A DNA stretch of 64,000 nt from Acidimicrobiales bacterium (GCA_030743005.1 JASLTG010000013.1:762-64761); one strand, 5' to 3'. Shown: positions 29,082 to 38,908, numbered from the stretch's first letter. Made by a program: numbers and translations. Notes: generated from the letters alone by a model not told the origin.

Positions 29082-29177
29082 TGGCGGAGGTGGACGGGAA
29101 TCGAACCCGCCGGACGGGGATCGCCCGTCCCGCCCGCTTTGAAGGCGGGGGAGCCCACCAGGCGCTCGGACACCTCC
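29082..29177 (-). tRNA. selC: tRNA-Sec (anticodon UCA)
   Basis: The reverse complement is GGAGGTGTCCGAGCGCCTGGTGGGCTCCCCCGCCTTCAAAGCGGGCGGGACGGGCGATCCCCGTCCGGCGGGTTCGATTCCCGTCCACCTCCGCCA. It has anticodon loop CTTCAAA, a 7-bp variable-arm stem (GGACGGG/CCCGTCC) and an extended acceptor stem. It is 96 nt long. Confidence 0.85.
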
Positions 29178-29394
29178 AAGATCAGTCTGCCTCGCGCGCG
29201 GCCCTATTGGAAAGAAAAATTTGAATAAAAGACCGTGATCCGCTCACTAACGTCAATTTCAACTTTGATGGGGCCAAAAAGACTGAAGAAACTGCCGATT
29301 TTTCTTGATTATTGAACTAAACGGGTGTTCAATGACACGCGTGTAATTACGACTACGTCATCTTGACGAGTCGAACCAACCAGGGCGGACACAA

Positions 29395-29682
29395 ATGGCT
29401 TTTGTCGATGATGGCGGTGCTCAAACCGAAGAAAGCAGCTGGTGGGATTACGCCAACTGTTTAGGTGTTGACCCTGATTTGTTTTTCCCAGAGCGTGGAG
29501 CAAGCACCAAAGAAGCTAAAGAAGTATGTAGGGGTTGCGTCGTCCGCGAAGACTGTTTGGAGTACGCATTAAGTCACGGTGAGAAATTTGGAATCTGGGG
29601 CGGCATGAGTGAGCGAGAACGCCGCCGCCTGCGCCGCCAACGCGCACTTGCGCGGCGAGCCGCTGCGGAACGAGCAAGCTAA
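29395..29682 (+). CDS. WhiB-family regulator (WhiB2/WhmD-like)
   Basis: C..CRGCVVREDC cysteines, GEKFGIWGGMSERERRRL, and a basic tail. Confidence 0.85.
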   Translation: MAFVDDGGAQTEESSWWDYANCLGVDPDLFFPERGASTKEAKEVCRGCVVREDCLEYALSHGEKFGIWGGMSERERRRLRRQRALARRAAAERAS

Positions 29683-29739
29683 TACGTCGAGACACTGAGC
29701 TTTCGATTCGAACTTCAGAGCGCTGGTAGTCTGAGGGCT

Positions 29740-29910
29740 GTGAATCTTGGCGGCTCAGAACTCATCATTATCCTGGTCATCGTTTTAGTGCTCTTTGGCG
29801 GAGCAAAGCTCCCCAAACTGGCGCGTTCGCTCGGGCAGGCCCAAAAAGAATTCAAAGACGGTATGGACGACGGCAGTTCAGCCCCAACAGAAGATTCTTC
29901 TGACAGTTAG
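29740..29910 (+). CDS. tatA: twin-arginine translocase subunit TatA/E
   Basis: The 56-aa GTG ORF VNLGGSELIIILVIVLVLFGGAKLPKLARSLGQAQKEFKDG... is a canonical TatA. It is not in the track because it is under 60 aa. Confidence 0.8.
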   Translation: MNLGGSELIIILVIVLVLFGGAKLPKLARSLGQAQKEFKDGMDDGSSAPTEDSSDS

Positions 29911-29925
29911 CCGACCCTTCAGAGA

Positions 29926-30198
29926 TCAAGAAATCTGGACAGAGGTTTCCTGTAACAGAGTTTGCCGGCGAGCTTTCAGGATTCGGCGACGTTGACGCTC
30001 AGACGCTCCGCCCCACACGCCATGTTCCACGCGGTTGACCAAGGCGTATTCCAAGCACGGGGTTTGCGAAACGCAGCCCTCACACAGTTTCTTGGCTCGC
30101 TCAACCCCGACACCGTCACTGGGAAAAAAAATTGATGGATGTTGGTCTGCGCAGTTACCGATATTCATCCAACTTGTGTCGGCGGAAATGTGGCTCAT
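29926..30198 (-). CDS. WhiB-family regulator
   Basis: NCADQHPSIFFP..CEGCVSQTPCLEYAL..GVWGG. 90 aa. Confidence 0.85.
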   Translation of the reverse strand: MSHISADTSWMNIGNCADQHPSIFFPSDGVGVERAKKLCEGCVSQTPCLEYALVNRVEHGVWGGASERQRRRILKARRQTLLQETSVQIS

Positions 30199-30408
30199 GT
30201 CAGCGCTCCGTAGGTTGTGCGAGTGTCATATCTCGCTGTTCGTTACGACTATGACGCCCAACTAGACCAAAAGGTTCCAAATATTTTCGGTTCTCATGAA
30301 ACTTTTATTGTTTGATAACCGGAATAGTGAATCTGAAGGTTCACCGTCACCAATGGTTCCGACTGTTCTCGCCGGTACAGTAATGAACTCGCTGGCGAAG
30401 GAGCATCG

Positions 30409-30687
30409 GTGACGAACTTCGAAACTGAAGAAGAATTACCACCCCCCGAGACCGGTATACGAGTCGTGTACCTCGGGCCTGTATCTCCGCACTGGGATAT
30501 ACAAGGCCTCTTTGGGGAACAAGCTGTGGTCGATGAATTCCGACGCCGAACAATTGCACGTCTGCAACTCCTTCCGCCCCACGACCCTCAGTTTCGACGT
30601 AATCGTGAACGTGTGAACCGCGATGCAGAACGAGAAAACCTGCACCTTGAATGGGACTTAGGTGTTCCTGAAGACGACGACGAATAA
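30409..30687 (+). CDS. hypothetical protein with an acidic N- and C-terminus
   Basis: GTG start 5 nt after AAGGAG, 92 aa. I recognise no family. Confidence 0.5.
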   Translation: MTNFETEEELPPPETGIRVVYLGPVSPHWDIQGLFGEQAVVDEFRRRTIARLQLLPPHDPQFRRNRERVNRDAERENLHLEWDLGVPEDDDE

Positions 30688-30695
30688 GCCCATTT

Positions 30696-31463
30696 ATGAG
30701 GGTGTTGATAACCAATGATGACGGCGTCGCGTCAGATGGTCTTTGGGCTTTAGCTAAACGAGTCCTCGAAGCGGGGTATGAAGCCGTAGTTGCTGCGCCG
30801 ACCTCTGACATGACTGGTATGGGCGCAGCGATCGGTGGAGATCTGCAAGGTGGCGACCTTCGCGTTGAGCGTATCCATCGCGAAGATCTTGGTGACACAC
30901 CATGCTGGGCCGTCGACGGACCGCCCGCTCTGTGCGTAATCATGGCCCAACTAGGAGCTTTCGGAGATCCGGTTCCCATGGTGGTGTCAGGCGTGAACCC
31001 CGGCTTGAATTGTGGCCGCTCAGCCCTGCACAGCGGAACTGTCGGAGCGGCGCTCACAGCGGCGAATAACGGCGCTCATGGGATCGCAGTCAGCCTCGAC
31101 GTAACAGATGCACCGATGCAGTGGGAGACAGCAACTCACCTCGTACCTGAGTTGATCCAGCGCCTGAGGGGGATCGAGAAAGGACGCAGAGTTATTAATG
31201 TAAATGCTCCAAACATTTCGCTGGCCGAAGTCGCTGGTGCCCAAATCACCGGACTCGCGAAATGGGGAGACGCTGCAGGAAACTTACGCCCCACCGGAGA
31301 CGGGTCCTGGTCGTTTGAACGGCAGCCTGGCGACCCTAAGCGAAGAATCGTAGGTACTGATAACGCAGTAGTAAGAGAAGGCAGTATTTCGGTATCTGAA
31401 CTGGTTGGGATCAGGACACAGAAGTCAGACCTGTATCTCGGTGACCTCTCGCTCACTTTTTAA
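30696..31463 (+). CDS. surE: 5'/3'-nucleotidase SurE
   Basis: MRVLITNDDGVASDGL N-terminus and GVNPGLNCG. Confidence 0.9.
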   Translation: MRVLITNDDGVASDGLWALAKRVLEAGYEAVVAAPTSDMTGMGAAIGGDLQGGDLRVERIHREDLGDTPCWAVDGPPALCVIMAQLGAFGDPVPMVVSGVNPGLNCGRSALHSGTVGAALTAANNGAHGIAVSLDVTDAPMQWETATHLVPELIQRLRGIEKGRRVINVNAPNISLAEVAGAQITGLAKWGDAAGNLRPTGDGSWSFERQPGDPKRRIVGTDNAVVREGSISVSELVGIRTQKSDLYLGDLSLTF

Positions 31464-31559
31464 GAAAAAGAAGATTCCGTCTGTAAATCCGCCCAACGGA
31501 ATTTGTTTTCTACTACGTTGCCGGTCGTGGCCCGTGCCCCCGGTTCCGGTAGTCGTCAA

Positions 31560-32663
31560 ATGCCGACAGGTGCGCGCGCTGCCCTTGTCGTCGGTTTGAT
31601 CTATCTGTTCCTGGTCGGTGTTTCGTCTCTTGAGGCTGGCATCAAAATCATGGGTGCCGATACCCAGGAACGTCTCTTTTCCGCAGTGAGTAACCCCATA
31701 GCCGGGTTATGCGTCGGCATCCTTGGAACCGTGCTTGTGCAGTCATCGTCAGCAAGCACGTCTGTGATTGTTGGATTGGTTGCTTCTGGGGCATTGGGTG
31801 TTGAGCAGGCGGTTCCGATGATCATGGGAGCCAACATAGGAACCACTGTTACTAACACGCTTGTGTCACTAGGTCACGTTCGCCAATCAGCAGAGTTCAA
31901 GCGAGCTTTTGCTGCGGCGACCGTCCATGACTTCTTCAATGTGTTAGCCGTTTCAATTCTTCTTCCGATCGAATTGATTTTTAAACCAATTTCAGGAATA
32001 GCGAAATGGGTGAGTGAACTTCTCGTCGGTTCAGGAGGGACGGAATGGAAAAGCCCAGTTAAGAAATGGGTGAAAGAGCCGGTTGGCTGGCTTAAAGATC
32101 TGTGGGATCAGTTCGGAGCGTCAGGCAACGTTAAGGGCGCCCTCATGGTTGCAACTGGTCTCGTCATTGTCTTGGTGGCTCTTGCTTTGGTCACCAAAAA
32201 CATGAAGGCTCTCGTAGCAGCGCGAATTGAACGGTCCCTCAACGCGATCCTCGGCAAAGCTGGCGGACTGGTAGCTCTTGTGGTCGGGATGATCGTGACC
32301 ATCGCCGTGCAGTCTTCAAGTATCACGACTTCAATACTGATACCGCTTTCAGCAGCTGGAGTGTTGACCCTAAGAAATGCTTATCCGGTCACACTGGGCG
32401 CAAATGTAGGTACGACCATCACGGCGTTACTTGCTGCTCTTGCCGCTTCAAGTCCCGACTCGTTGACCGTAGCGTTAACCCACACGACCTTTAACGTGAT
32501 CGGCATTCTGGCTTTGTATGTGCTGCCGTTCGCTAGAGAGGTTCCGGTGGTGGCAGCAACGGCCATGGCTGATATTGCTGTGCGGAGGCGAGTTTTAGCA
32601 GTCTGTTACGTCGTTGGAATGTTCATCGTTGCACCTTTGATCGGTGTAGCTATCCTTCGGTAG
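31560..32663 (+). CDS. Na+/phosphate symporter (Na_Pi_cotrans family)
   Basis: Duplicated QSSSASTSV / QSSSITTSI motifs and GANIGTT / GANVGTT. The start is uncertain: ATG 31560 or TTG 31503. Confidence 0.8.
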   Translation: MPTGARAALVVGLIYLFLVGVSSLEAGIKIMGADTQERLFSAVSNPIAGLCVGILGTVLVQSSSASTSVIVGLVASGALGVEQAVPMIMGANIGTTVTNTLVSLGHVRQSAEFKRAFAAATVHDFFNVLAVSILLPIELIFKPISGIAKWVSELLVGSGGTEWKSPVKKWVKEPVGWLKDLWDQFGASGNVKGALMVATGLVIVLVALALVTKNMKALVAARIERSLNAILGKAGGLVALVVGMIVTIAVQSSSITTSILIPLSAAGVLTLRNAYPVTLGANVGTTITALLAALAASSPDSLTVALTHTTFNVIGILALYVLPFAREVPVVAATAMADIAVRRRVLAVCYVVGMFIVAPLIGVAILR

Positions 32664-32676
32664 GGGGGAGTTTCGT

Positions 32677-33321
32677 ATGGTGCTTTCATTTTTTAGAGCA
32701 GGAGACAGCGGATTAGACCATGTGGTGACTCGGTCGGTTGCCATGGTGAATGATGCTCGCCACTCGTTTGACCTCGCATGCACGGCTCTTATGAGTGGAG
32801 CCGACCCTCGATCCGTAGCTGACGATGTACGAGAAACTGACCTGCGTATCAATGCCAACGAACAACAACTTCGCGGTGAACTTGCTGTACATATAAGTGT
32901 CCACGGACCCAACGATATTGGCGAAGTCATTGGTCTGATTTTGCTGTTGAAGAAAATTGAACGCGTCGGCGACCACGCAAAGAACATCCTTGATCTTGCA
33001 GAAAGTGGAGTTTCGTTCTCAGAGGAACCTGACATCGACGAGCTAATTGAAGAACGCCGAATCGTTTCAGGTTTCTTCGCTGAGGCCAGCGAAATTCTGG
33101 CAGAGCATGATGGCATACCTGAAGGATTCCGTGATCGGCTAGCGGGGATGACTTCTCAAATTCAGTCCCGCATCGATGGCTACATGACATCGGATCAACC
33201 TGGTCACCAGGTCGTCCCCCGAGCTGTGTATCACCGGTACCTCAAAAGAATTGTCGCCAACTTGAATAGTGCTGTCCTGGCAGCTACCGAACCTGTGCGA
33301 GTCATCGACCCAACTGATTGA
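32677..33321 (+). CDS. PhoU-domain protein
   Basis: The ERVGDHAKNI motif is typical of PhoU helices. It lies directly downstream of the Na/Pi symporter, a common pairing. Confidence 0.7.
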   Translation: MVLSFFRAGDSGLDHVVTRSVAMVNDARHSFDLACTALMSGADPRSVADDVRETDLRINANEQQLRGELAVHISVHGPNDIGEVIGLILLLKKIERVGDHAKNILDLAESGVSFSEEPDIDELIEERRIVSGFFAEASEILAEHDGIPEGFRDRLAGMTSQIQSRIDGYMTSDQPGHQVVPRAVYHRYLKRIVANLNSAVLAATEPVRVIDPTD

Positions 33322-33380
33322 CCACAACAGATTTTATCTAGCTGTGAGTAGCCGGTCGGAGTCGGCCCTAGGGTGAAATT

Positions 33381-34757
33381 GTGGAAGAGGGACAACACTC
33401 CTCAAATGCGGCCTCCGGACTCAGCGAAGGTGTAGCTAGTGACAATGAACCACCATCGAGACGCGCCCCCCTCGGCCCTTTTGCTCGTTTAGCGAGAGTC
33501 CAACTTGTTTCTGCTGCCGGAGATGCGCTGTTTACGATCGCGCTTGCCGGATCATTGTTTTTCAATCTCGACCCCGATGCAGCGCGACCAAAAGTGGCGT
33601 TGTATCTCATATTGACTATTGCTCCGTTTGCGATCGTTGGTCCGCTCATCGGCCCACTGATTGACCGCCTTCGCGGTGGTCGACGAGCGATGGTGATCGT
33701 TAGTGGTATGGGCCGAGCGGTACTGGCGTTTTTGATGATCCGTCACCTGGACTCATTACTGCTGTTCCCTGAAGCATTCGGAGCACTTGTTCTCGGCAAG
33801 ACATATCACGTAGCCAAAAGCGCGATAGTCCCAGGATTAGTGCGTGGCCACGAAGATCTCGTAGAAGCCAACTCCAAGTTGGTTCTCTTAAGCGGGGTCG
33901 GTGGGGCACTGGCAGCTGGACCAGGACTGCTTCTAGGTCTCATCGGCTCGAAATGGGTGCTCGGGGCAGCGATGATTGCTTTTTGCACCGTGGTTCCATT
34001 CGCCGCTCGCCTTCCGAAAACTTCGATAGCGCGAGACCCAATACCTGAAGATGAGCGCAGTGACCTGCGTAGCGCCGGGATTGTCTTGGCAGCATCTGCA
34101 ATGGCGATCTTGCGGGGTATGACTGGTTTCACTCTTTTCTTGGTTGCGTTTTGGCTACGACGCGAAGATGCAGCCACTATCTGGTTCGGGTTGATGGTTG
34201 CCTCAAGTGCGCTCGGAGCCTTTATTGGCGCGATAGCCGCACCGTTGTTACGTCGGCTTGTTAAAGAGGAATATTTGCTCGGTGGGGTGCTGACCATCTC
34301 GGCTGCCGTCGGATTTTTCGCCACCTTTCCCGGTGACCGGATGGCCGTACTGGCTTTTGTCATGTCAGTCGGCTTCGCCGCAGGATTAGGAAAACTTTCT
34401 TTTGACGCCATTGTTCAACGCGACGCACCGACGGTGAACCAAGGACGATCGTTCGCTCGTTTCGAAACAAGGTTCCAACTTTTTTGGGTCCTCGGGGCAC
34501 TGATCCCGGTGATCGCGCCCAATGGTGTGCTGCCCCTGCGAGCCGGCCTTATTATCCTCGCGCTGTCAAGCGGGTCAGCAGCGTTCCTATATTTGGGCGG
34601 CCTTGTTGCGTTGGGGCGCGGTAAACGAACTCCTTCGCGGGTAATCGCAGATCAAGTCTGGACCGAAAAGAGATACCAACGACTCAGCAGCCGACTACCT
34701 CGGTGGGTGGCTCGCATCATTCCAGACCCATCGCGACGCGAAAAACCTCAATCCTGA
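33381..34757 (+). CDS. MFS transporter
   Basis: About 12 predicted TM helices, with a GPLIDRLRGGRR loop resembling the MFS motif A. Confidence 0.7.
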   Translation: MEEGQHSSNAASGLSEGVASDNEPPSRRAPLGPFARLARVQLVSAAGDALFTIALAGSLFFNLDPDAARPKVALYLILTIAPFAIVGPLIGPLIDRLRGGRRAMVIVSGMGRAVLAFLMIRHLDSLLLFPEAFGALVLGKTYHVAKSAIVPGLVRGHEDLVEANSKLVLLSGVGGALAAGPGLLLGLIGSKWVLGAAMIAFCTVVPFAARLPKTSIARDPIPEDERSDLRSAGIVLAASAMAILRGMTGFTLFLVAFWLRREDAATIWFGLMVASSALGAFIGAIAAPLLRRLVKEEYLLGGVLTISAAVGFFATFPGDRMAVLAFVMSVGFAAGLGKLSFDAIVQRDAPTVNQGRSFARFETRFQLFWVLGALIPVIAPNGVLPLRAGLIILALSSGSAAFLYLGGLVALGRGKRTPSRVIADQVWTEKRYQRLSSRLPRWVARIIPDPSRREKPQS

Positions 34758-35974
34758 TCTAGTTCTGGCAAATCAATCCGAGCGAGCCATAGACCAGGGG
34801 CGTCAACTTCATTTGGGGTGGGGAGAGCCGTTGGGTCGCTCCACAGACGTGCCAACGTTGCCTCGTCAGCTCGGTCTAGTACTCCCGAGACAAATGTTGA
34901 GCCGCGGTCAACCAACTCGGAGGTGATCTCAACACCAAAGAGCTTCTCAACGAATTGATCACCGGCACTTGTGGTGAACCGGCGACGTCGGACAACTTCT
35001 GAAAGCGAGTCATAAGAACTCAATAAGCCCTGAGTAACCTTTTCAACTACATAATCGACGTAGCCCACCACCACGGCCAGAAGTGCCTCAAGGTCGGGAA
35101 TGACAGCGCTTTGAGCATCAGACCGCAATGCTCCCAACAAATTTTCTGGGTCGCTTAAAGCACGTTGTAGTTGTTGCTGTAACTCTGCAGGGTCGCCGTC
35201 GCCGATATCTAAATCCATAAATCGGTCCTCGAAACCCCGCGGATCAGTCTGAAAGCCATCAACGTAGCGTTGCAATAATTTTTCAAAAGACGCCCTGACG
35301 TGGCTCACGGATAAGACTGAGTGGGTGGCTATCTCACTGACACACACCCACAGCTGGACATCCTCCGAAGGAAGTGACCATTCCTTGGCGAAGACCTCAA
35401 CATTGTTGATCAAAATAAGAATCTGATTGTCAGGACGAGGAATAGGGAGCACATAGTTTCCGAACGCTTTGGTCGCGAGGTGTCCTGCTATTGAACCAGC
35501 GCTCATAGCCATCATCATCGGGTTAAGAGCTCTAAGCAGACCGTCCAGAATTTGAGCATCGGCACCATCAACTTCAGAAGGCAGCGTTCCTTGCGTCAAC
35601 CGTTCCGCGAGACGATCCAGCAATGGTCGATACGCTTCTAATGTTGCCGCCGCCCACTCGGACCGAGTTGCTGCTTCCAACGACACAGGTTGGTCCGGAG
35701 ACCCTGTTTCCAGGGATGTGATATTCGCGACGTGTAACTCAGCGACCCTAACCAACTCAGCCAATTTGACCCTTTGAAGTGGGTCTACGTTGGGTTCGGA
35801 TTTGCCTTCCGTAGCAATTTGATAAGCGAACTGGCGGGCAACATCCCACGCTATTGGCCCTTGGACGTTGAAGAGCTTTCCGAGATCACCCAAGAATGGG
35901 AGACCCCCGAAGGGGTTATCTTCATCAAAAGGATCGTCACTAGCCACGTTCGCATGGTAGGCCGGTGCGTGCAC
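34748..35974 (-). CDS. DUF2342 / zinc-metalloprotease-like hypothetical hydrolase
   Basis: N-terminus GLPFLGDLGKLF..GPIAWDVARQFA. Its size and its neighbourhood with UPF0182 and the PDZ protease match what I recall for the actinobacterial DUF2342 family. Confidence 0.5.
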   Translation of the reverse strand: MHAPAYHANVASDDPFDEDNPFGGLPFLGDLGKLFNVQGPIAWDVARQFAYQIATEGKSEPNVDPLQRVKLAELVRVAELHVANITSLETGSPDQPVSLEAATRSEWAAATLEAYRPLLDRLAERLTQGTLPSEVDGADAQILDGLLRALNPMMMAMSAGSIAGHLATKAFGNYVLPIPRPDNQILILINNVEVFAKEWSLPSEDVQLWVCVSEIATHSVLSVSHVRASFEKLLQRYVDGFQTDPRGFEDRFMDLDIGDGDPAELQQQLQRALSDPENLLGALRSDAQSAVIPDLEALLAVVVGYVDYVVEKVTQGLLSSYDSLSEVVRRRRFTTSAGDQFVEKLFGVEITSELVDRGSTFVSGVLDRADEATLARLWSDPTALPTPNEVDAPGLWLARIDLPELDQD

Positions 35975-36025
35975 AGCTTCACCCCAGTTGGCTGATTAGC
36001 CGCAATCCGAAGTGGGAAATGATCG

Positions 36026-36976
36026 ATGACAACAGTGGCAATCTCTGGAGCGGAAGGGGCGTTGAGGTCCAGAATTTCTGAAGCGCTCACGCAACTCTTC
36101 GACCAAGTCATCAGCTTCACATTTGGATTGGATGAAGTTTCTTTGACTGAGGTTGAATCAGTTATTCATTTAGCGTTCTCCGAAGACTCAGATCAAAGAA
36201 ATCTCATTGGTCTTTTAGAGCTCGCCTCTGAAGCTGAAATCTCTCGACTAGTAGTCGTCTCCAGCGCGATGGTGTATGGGGCATGGCCCAATAACTCGGT
36301 ACCCCTATCAGAAGATGCCGCGGTTCGCCCTAACCCCGAATCAACGTTCGCAGTCCACCAAGCCGATGCAGAACGAACAGCGCTGGAATGGGCCGACTTG
36401 AATCCCGACCGGCAAGTGACGATCTTGCGACCCACAGCGGTTGCTTCCCCAAACGCATCGGGATTGATTGGTGAAGCATTGCTAGCTGCGGCCCCCATAA
36501 GGACCCGCCGAGATGATCCGCCACAACAGTTCGTTCACTTAGATGATCTAGCGACAGCCGTCGCCACAGTGGTCCAACTTGAGGACTCGGGCGTATTCAA
36601 TGTCGCGCCTGACGGGTGGCTTACAGCGCGAGAAGTGAGGGACTTAGTAGGCGCGCGACCAACTATCCGACTGCCGGTCCCTTTACCGGGCCGTCTCGAC
36701 CGGTATGTAGCGCGTCGAGTAGGGCACCAAGCACCCACTGGCCTACTGCCCTATACCCGATATCCGTGGGTGGTAGCTAACGACCGGTTACGAAGTACAG
36801 GGTGGGTTCCCCGATATGGAAACGACCAAGTGTTCGTTGCCGCAGACGCCGGGATGCCGTGGGATTCGATGAACGCCAAACAGCGACAAAACGTGTCGCT
36901 GGGGCTAGGAGCAACAGCGGTTATTGGCCTGCTGTACGCGCTTGGCTCTTGGCTGAAACGAACGATGTCGCGATAA
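36026..36976 (+). CDS. atypical NAD-dependent epimerase/dehydratase-like protein with a C-terminal TM helix
   Basis: Degenerate Rossmann motif (VAISGAEGAL), VVVSSAMVYG, and a hydrophobic C-terminus (LGLGATAVIGLLYALGSWL). Confidence 0.55.
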   Translation: MTTVAISGAEGALRSRISEALTQLFDQVISFTFGLDEVSLTEVESVIHLAFSEDSDQRNLIGLLELASEAEISRLVVVSSAMVYGAWPNNSVPLSEDAAVRPNPESTFAVHQADAERTALEWADLNPDRQVTILRPTAVASPNASGLIGEALLAAAPIRTRRDDPPQQFVHLDDLATAVATVVQLEDSGVFNVAPDGWLTAREVRDLVGARPTIRLPVPLPGRLDRYVARRVGHQAPTGLLPYTRYPWVVANDRLRSTGWVPRYGNDQVFVAADAGMPWDSMNAKQRQNVSLGLGATAVIGLLYALGSWLKRTMSR

Positions 36977-36981
36977 AAGAA

Positions 36982-38325
36982 CTAGTCAAGTTCTCCAACC
37001 TCAATGTTGAGTACCAATAACTGCTCGTTGCGCCAAATTCTTAATGACGCCATATCACCCGGTTGCAACATTCGAGCGTCGACGACCAAAGCGCCCATAT
37101 CGGGAACAATTTGACCGTCAAGTTCCACGACGACATCACCCACCTCGACACCCCCGCGAGCAGCTGGACCATCGAAATCAATGGACTGGACCAGAACCCC
37201 AGCGTTATGTGTCGGCGGTAAAAGCTGAGGCGCCGCGTCTAGACCTCGAATGCCGAGGCGCCCATGACGGGGGCGGCCCCACTGAATAATGTCCCTTGCT
37301 ACATCATGGGCGATTTCGATGGGAGTAGCGAAGCCGAGTCCTTCAGCGCCAACATCAGTAACAGCTATGACAGTGGTGATACCAACTACTGCTCCACGTG
37401 CGTCAACCAACGCGCCACCTGACGAGCCGGGAGAGATCGGGGCATCAGTTTGCACCAACTCATACAACCAGTCTCCCTGAGGCGACTGTAGACGTCGGTT
37501 AGTGGCGCTGATTACGCCGACGGTAACGGTCGGACCCCCCCGCAAACTCAAAGGTGAACCGATAGCGATCGCTGTTTCTCCAGCACGAAGAGCCGTCGCT
37601 AGGCCCAACGTCGCCGGAGCGAACTTAGTTTTTGAACCCTCCGTCGGTCTCAGCACTGCGACATCTGTGCGCCGGTCCGATCCAACTAAATCAGCTTCAA
37701 AGACGGTTCCATCGGCGAGAACTATCCGGTAGCTGTCAGCATTCTCCACTACATGAGTATTTGTTATGAGATGCCCGTCGTCGCGAAAAATGACCCCGGA
37801 ACCCGAACCTATAACGCGACCATATTGAACTACTTCGACACGCACCACACTTGGAGTTACCTCCGCTGCAATATCAGCGACAGTAAGTGATCCAGTAGCT
37901 CTTGTCCCTGAGGCAGAAACGTTCGCGGTGGTGATTTCGCGTTCAACGATTCGTTCGACCACCTGTGGTGATGCTTGAAAGACAACTCCCATGACTAGGG
38001 CGGCCATGACAGCGCCGATGACCGCGCCGATAAGACCAGCGCTGATAACTCCGCGCCTGCTTGATGATGGCCCCGTTTGACCTGAACCGGGAGCTACGTA
38101 TTGCAGTTCACTGGGGTGTCGCCAAATGCGATCATCTGGGTGTAACGCATACTTACTTGTTGGGGTTTCCTCGGCACTGACATTGGGGTCATCAGGGATT
38201 TGAGACCAATCGATCGAACTGCCTAGCGCCCACTCATCTGAAGCAAAGTCATCTGAGGAACTGCCCGAACCTTCACTGTCCGCGGGTTCGTCTGGATCTT
38301 GTCCAGGGTCGTTAGTTCGATCCAC
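36982..38325 (-). CDS. HtrA/DegP-family trypsin-like serine protease with a PDZ domain
   Basis: GSGVIFRDDGHLITNTHV (His), DVAVL (Asp), GSSGGALV (Ser), and a C-terminal PDZ. The N-terminus is acidic and is followed by a TM anchor. Confidence 0.85.
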   Translation of the reverse strand: MDRTNDPGQDPDEPADSEGSGSSSDDFASDEWALGSSIDWSQIPDDPNVSAEETPTSKYALHPDDRIWRHPSELQYVAPGSGQTGPSSSRRGVISAGLIGAVIGAVMAALVMGVVFQASPQVVERIVEREITTANVSASGTRATGSLTVADIAAEVTPSVVRVEVVQYGRVIGSGSGVIFRDDGHLITNTHVVENADSYRIVLADGTVFEADLVGSDRRTDVAVLRPTEGSKTKFAPATLGLATALRAGETAIAIGSPLSLRGGPTVTVGVISATNRRLQSPQGDWLYELVQTDAPISPGSSGGALVDARGAVVGITTVIAVTDVGAEGLGFATPIEIAHDVARDIIQWGRPRHGRLGIRGLDAAPQLLPPTHNAGVLVQSIDFDGPAARGGVEVGDVVVELDGQIVPDMGALVVDARMLQPGDMASLRIWRNEQLLVLNIEVGELD

Positions 38326-38386
38326 ACCCCAAAACGTACCTACCCAATTCGAGTTATTATCCGCGGCCTAGGTATCCGATAGGGAG

Positions 38387-38908
38387 GTGCGCCTTCCTCG
38401 GCGTACCATAAACAATGTGTCCGCTCCGCAAAACGATGATTCCCGGGTTCTGCTTACTGCCGACGAATTACAGGTCGGCGAGATCTATGACTGGTGTGTT
38501 CACCCATCAAGTGGCGCCGTAGTCCTTTTTTCGGGGACCGCTCGTGATCATGCTGAAGGCCGCGACGACGTGTCTCTGCTCGAATACGAAGCTTATGAAG
38601 AGCACGTAGAGCCCCGTTTGGAAGCAATCATTAGCGAGATGCGCCAGCAATGGCCCGATATTCGCCGCGTCGTGATGGCTCACCGGACAGGTCCTCTCAA
38701 AATTGGTGAAAGCTCAGTAGTGGTAGCTGTCTCATCGCCACACCGCCCAGAGGCCTTTGAAGCAGCACGATTTGGTATAGATACGCTCAAAGCAACCGTT
38801 CCGATATGGAAACGAGAAGTGTGGAAAGACGGTGAAGATTGGGCGCTCGCTGCCCAAGACATCACAGATGTCCCATCAACCCAAAAATCCCACATGAGGT
38901 CGTCGTGA
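38387..38908 (+). CDS. moaE: molybdopterin synthase catalytic subunit MoaE
   Basis: SGAVVLFSGTARD, HRTGPLKIGESSVVVAVSSPHR and PIWKRE. Confidence 0.85.
   Translation: MRLPRRTINNVSAPQNDDSRVLLTADELQVGEIYDWCVHPSSGAVVLFSGTARDHAEGRDDVSLLEYEAYEEHVEPRLEAIISEMRQQWPDIRRVVMAHRTGPLKIGESSVVVAVSSPHRPEAFEAARFGIDTLKATVPIWKREVWKDGEDWALAAQDITDVPSTQKSHMRSS

Noticed and set aside
29325-29375. Nested inverted repeats (TTGAAC-N9-GTTCAA and CGACTACGTCA-TCT-TGACGAGTCG) in the leader of the WhiB2-like gene
   Set aside because: They are plausible operator or 5'-UTR hairpins, but there is no known consensus to compare with and no second occurrence in the window. The evidence is too weak for a feature call.
29795-29995. 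66-aa track ORF between the two whiB genes
   Set aside because: It is in a different frame from the GTG-initiated 56-aa ORF at 29740, which encodes a textbook TatA. The track ORF has no features and runs into the antisense whiB.
30370-30395. GTGAA-N8-TTCAC inverted repeat in the A/T-rich region upstream of the 92-aa hypothetical gene (possible CRP/FNR-type site)
   Set aside because: The spacing does not fit the TGTGA-N6-TCACA class, and it is a single 5-bp half-site match that could easily arise by chance.
30347-31057. 236-aa minus-strand ORF covering the hypothetical gene and the first half of surE
   Set aside because: It lies antisense to a clearly recognisable SurE (MRVLITNDDG...). It is Pro/Arg/Ser-rich low-complexity sequence, typical of shadow ORFs opposite GC3-rich genes.
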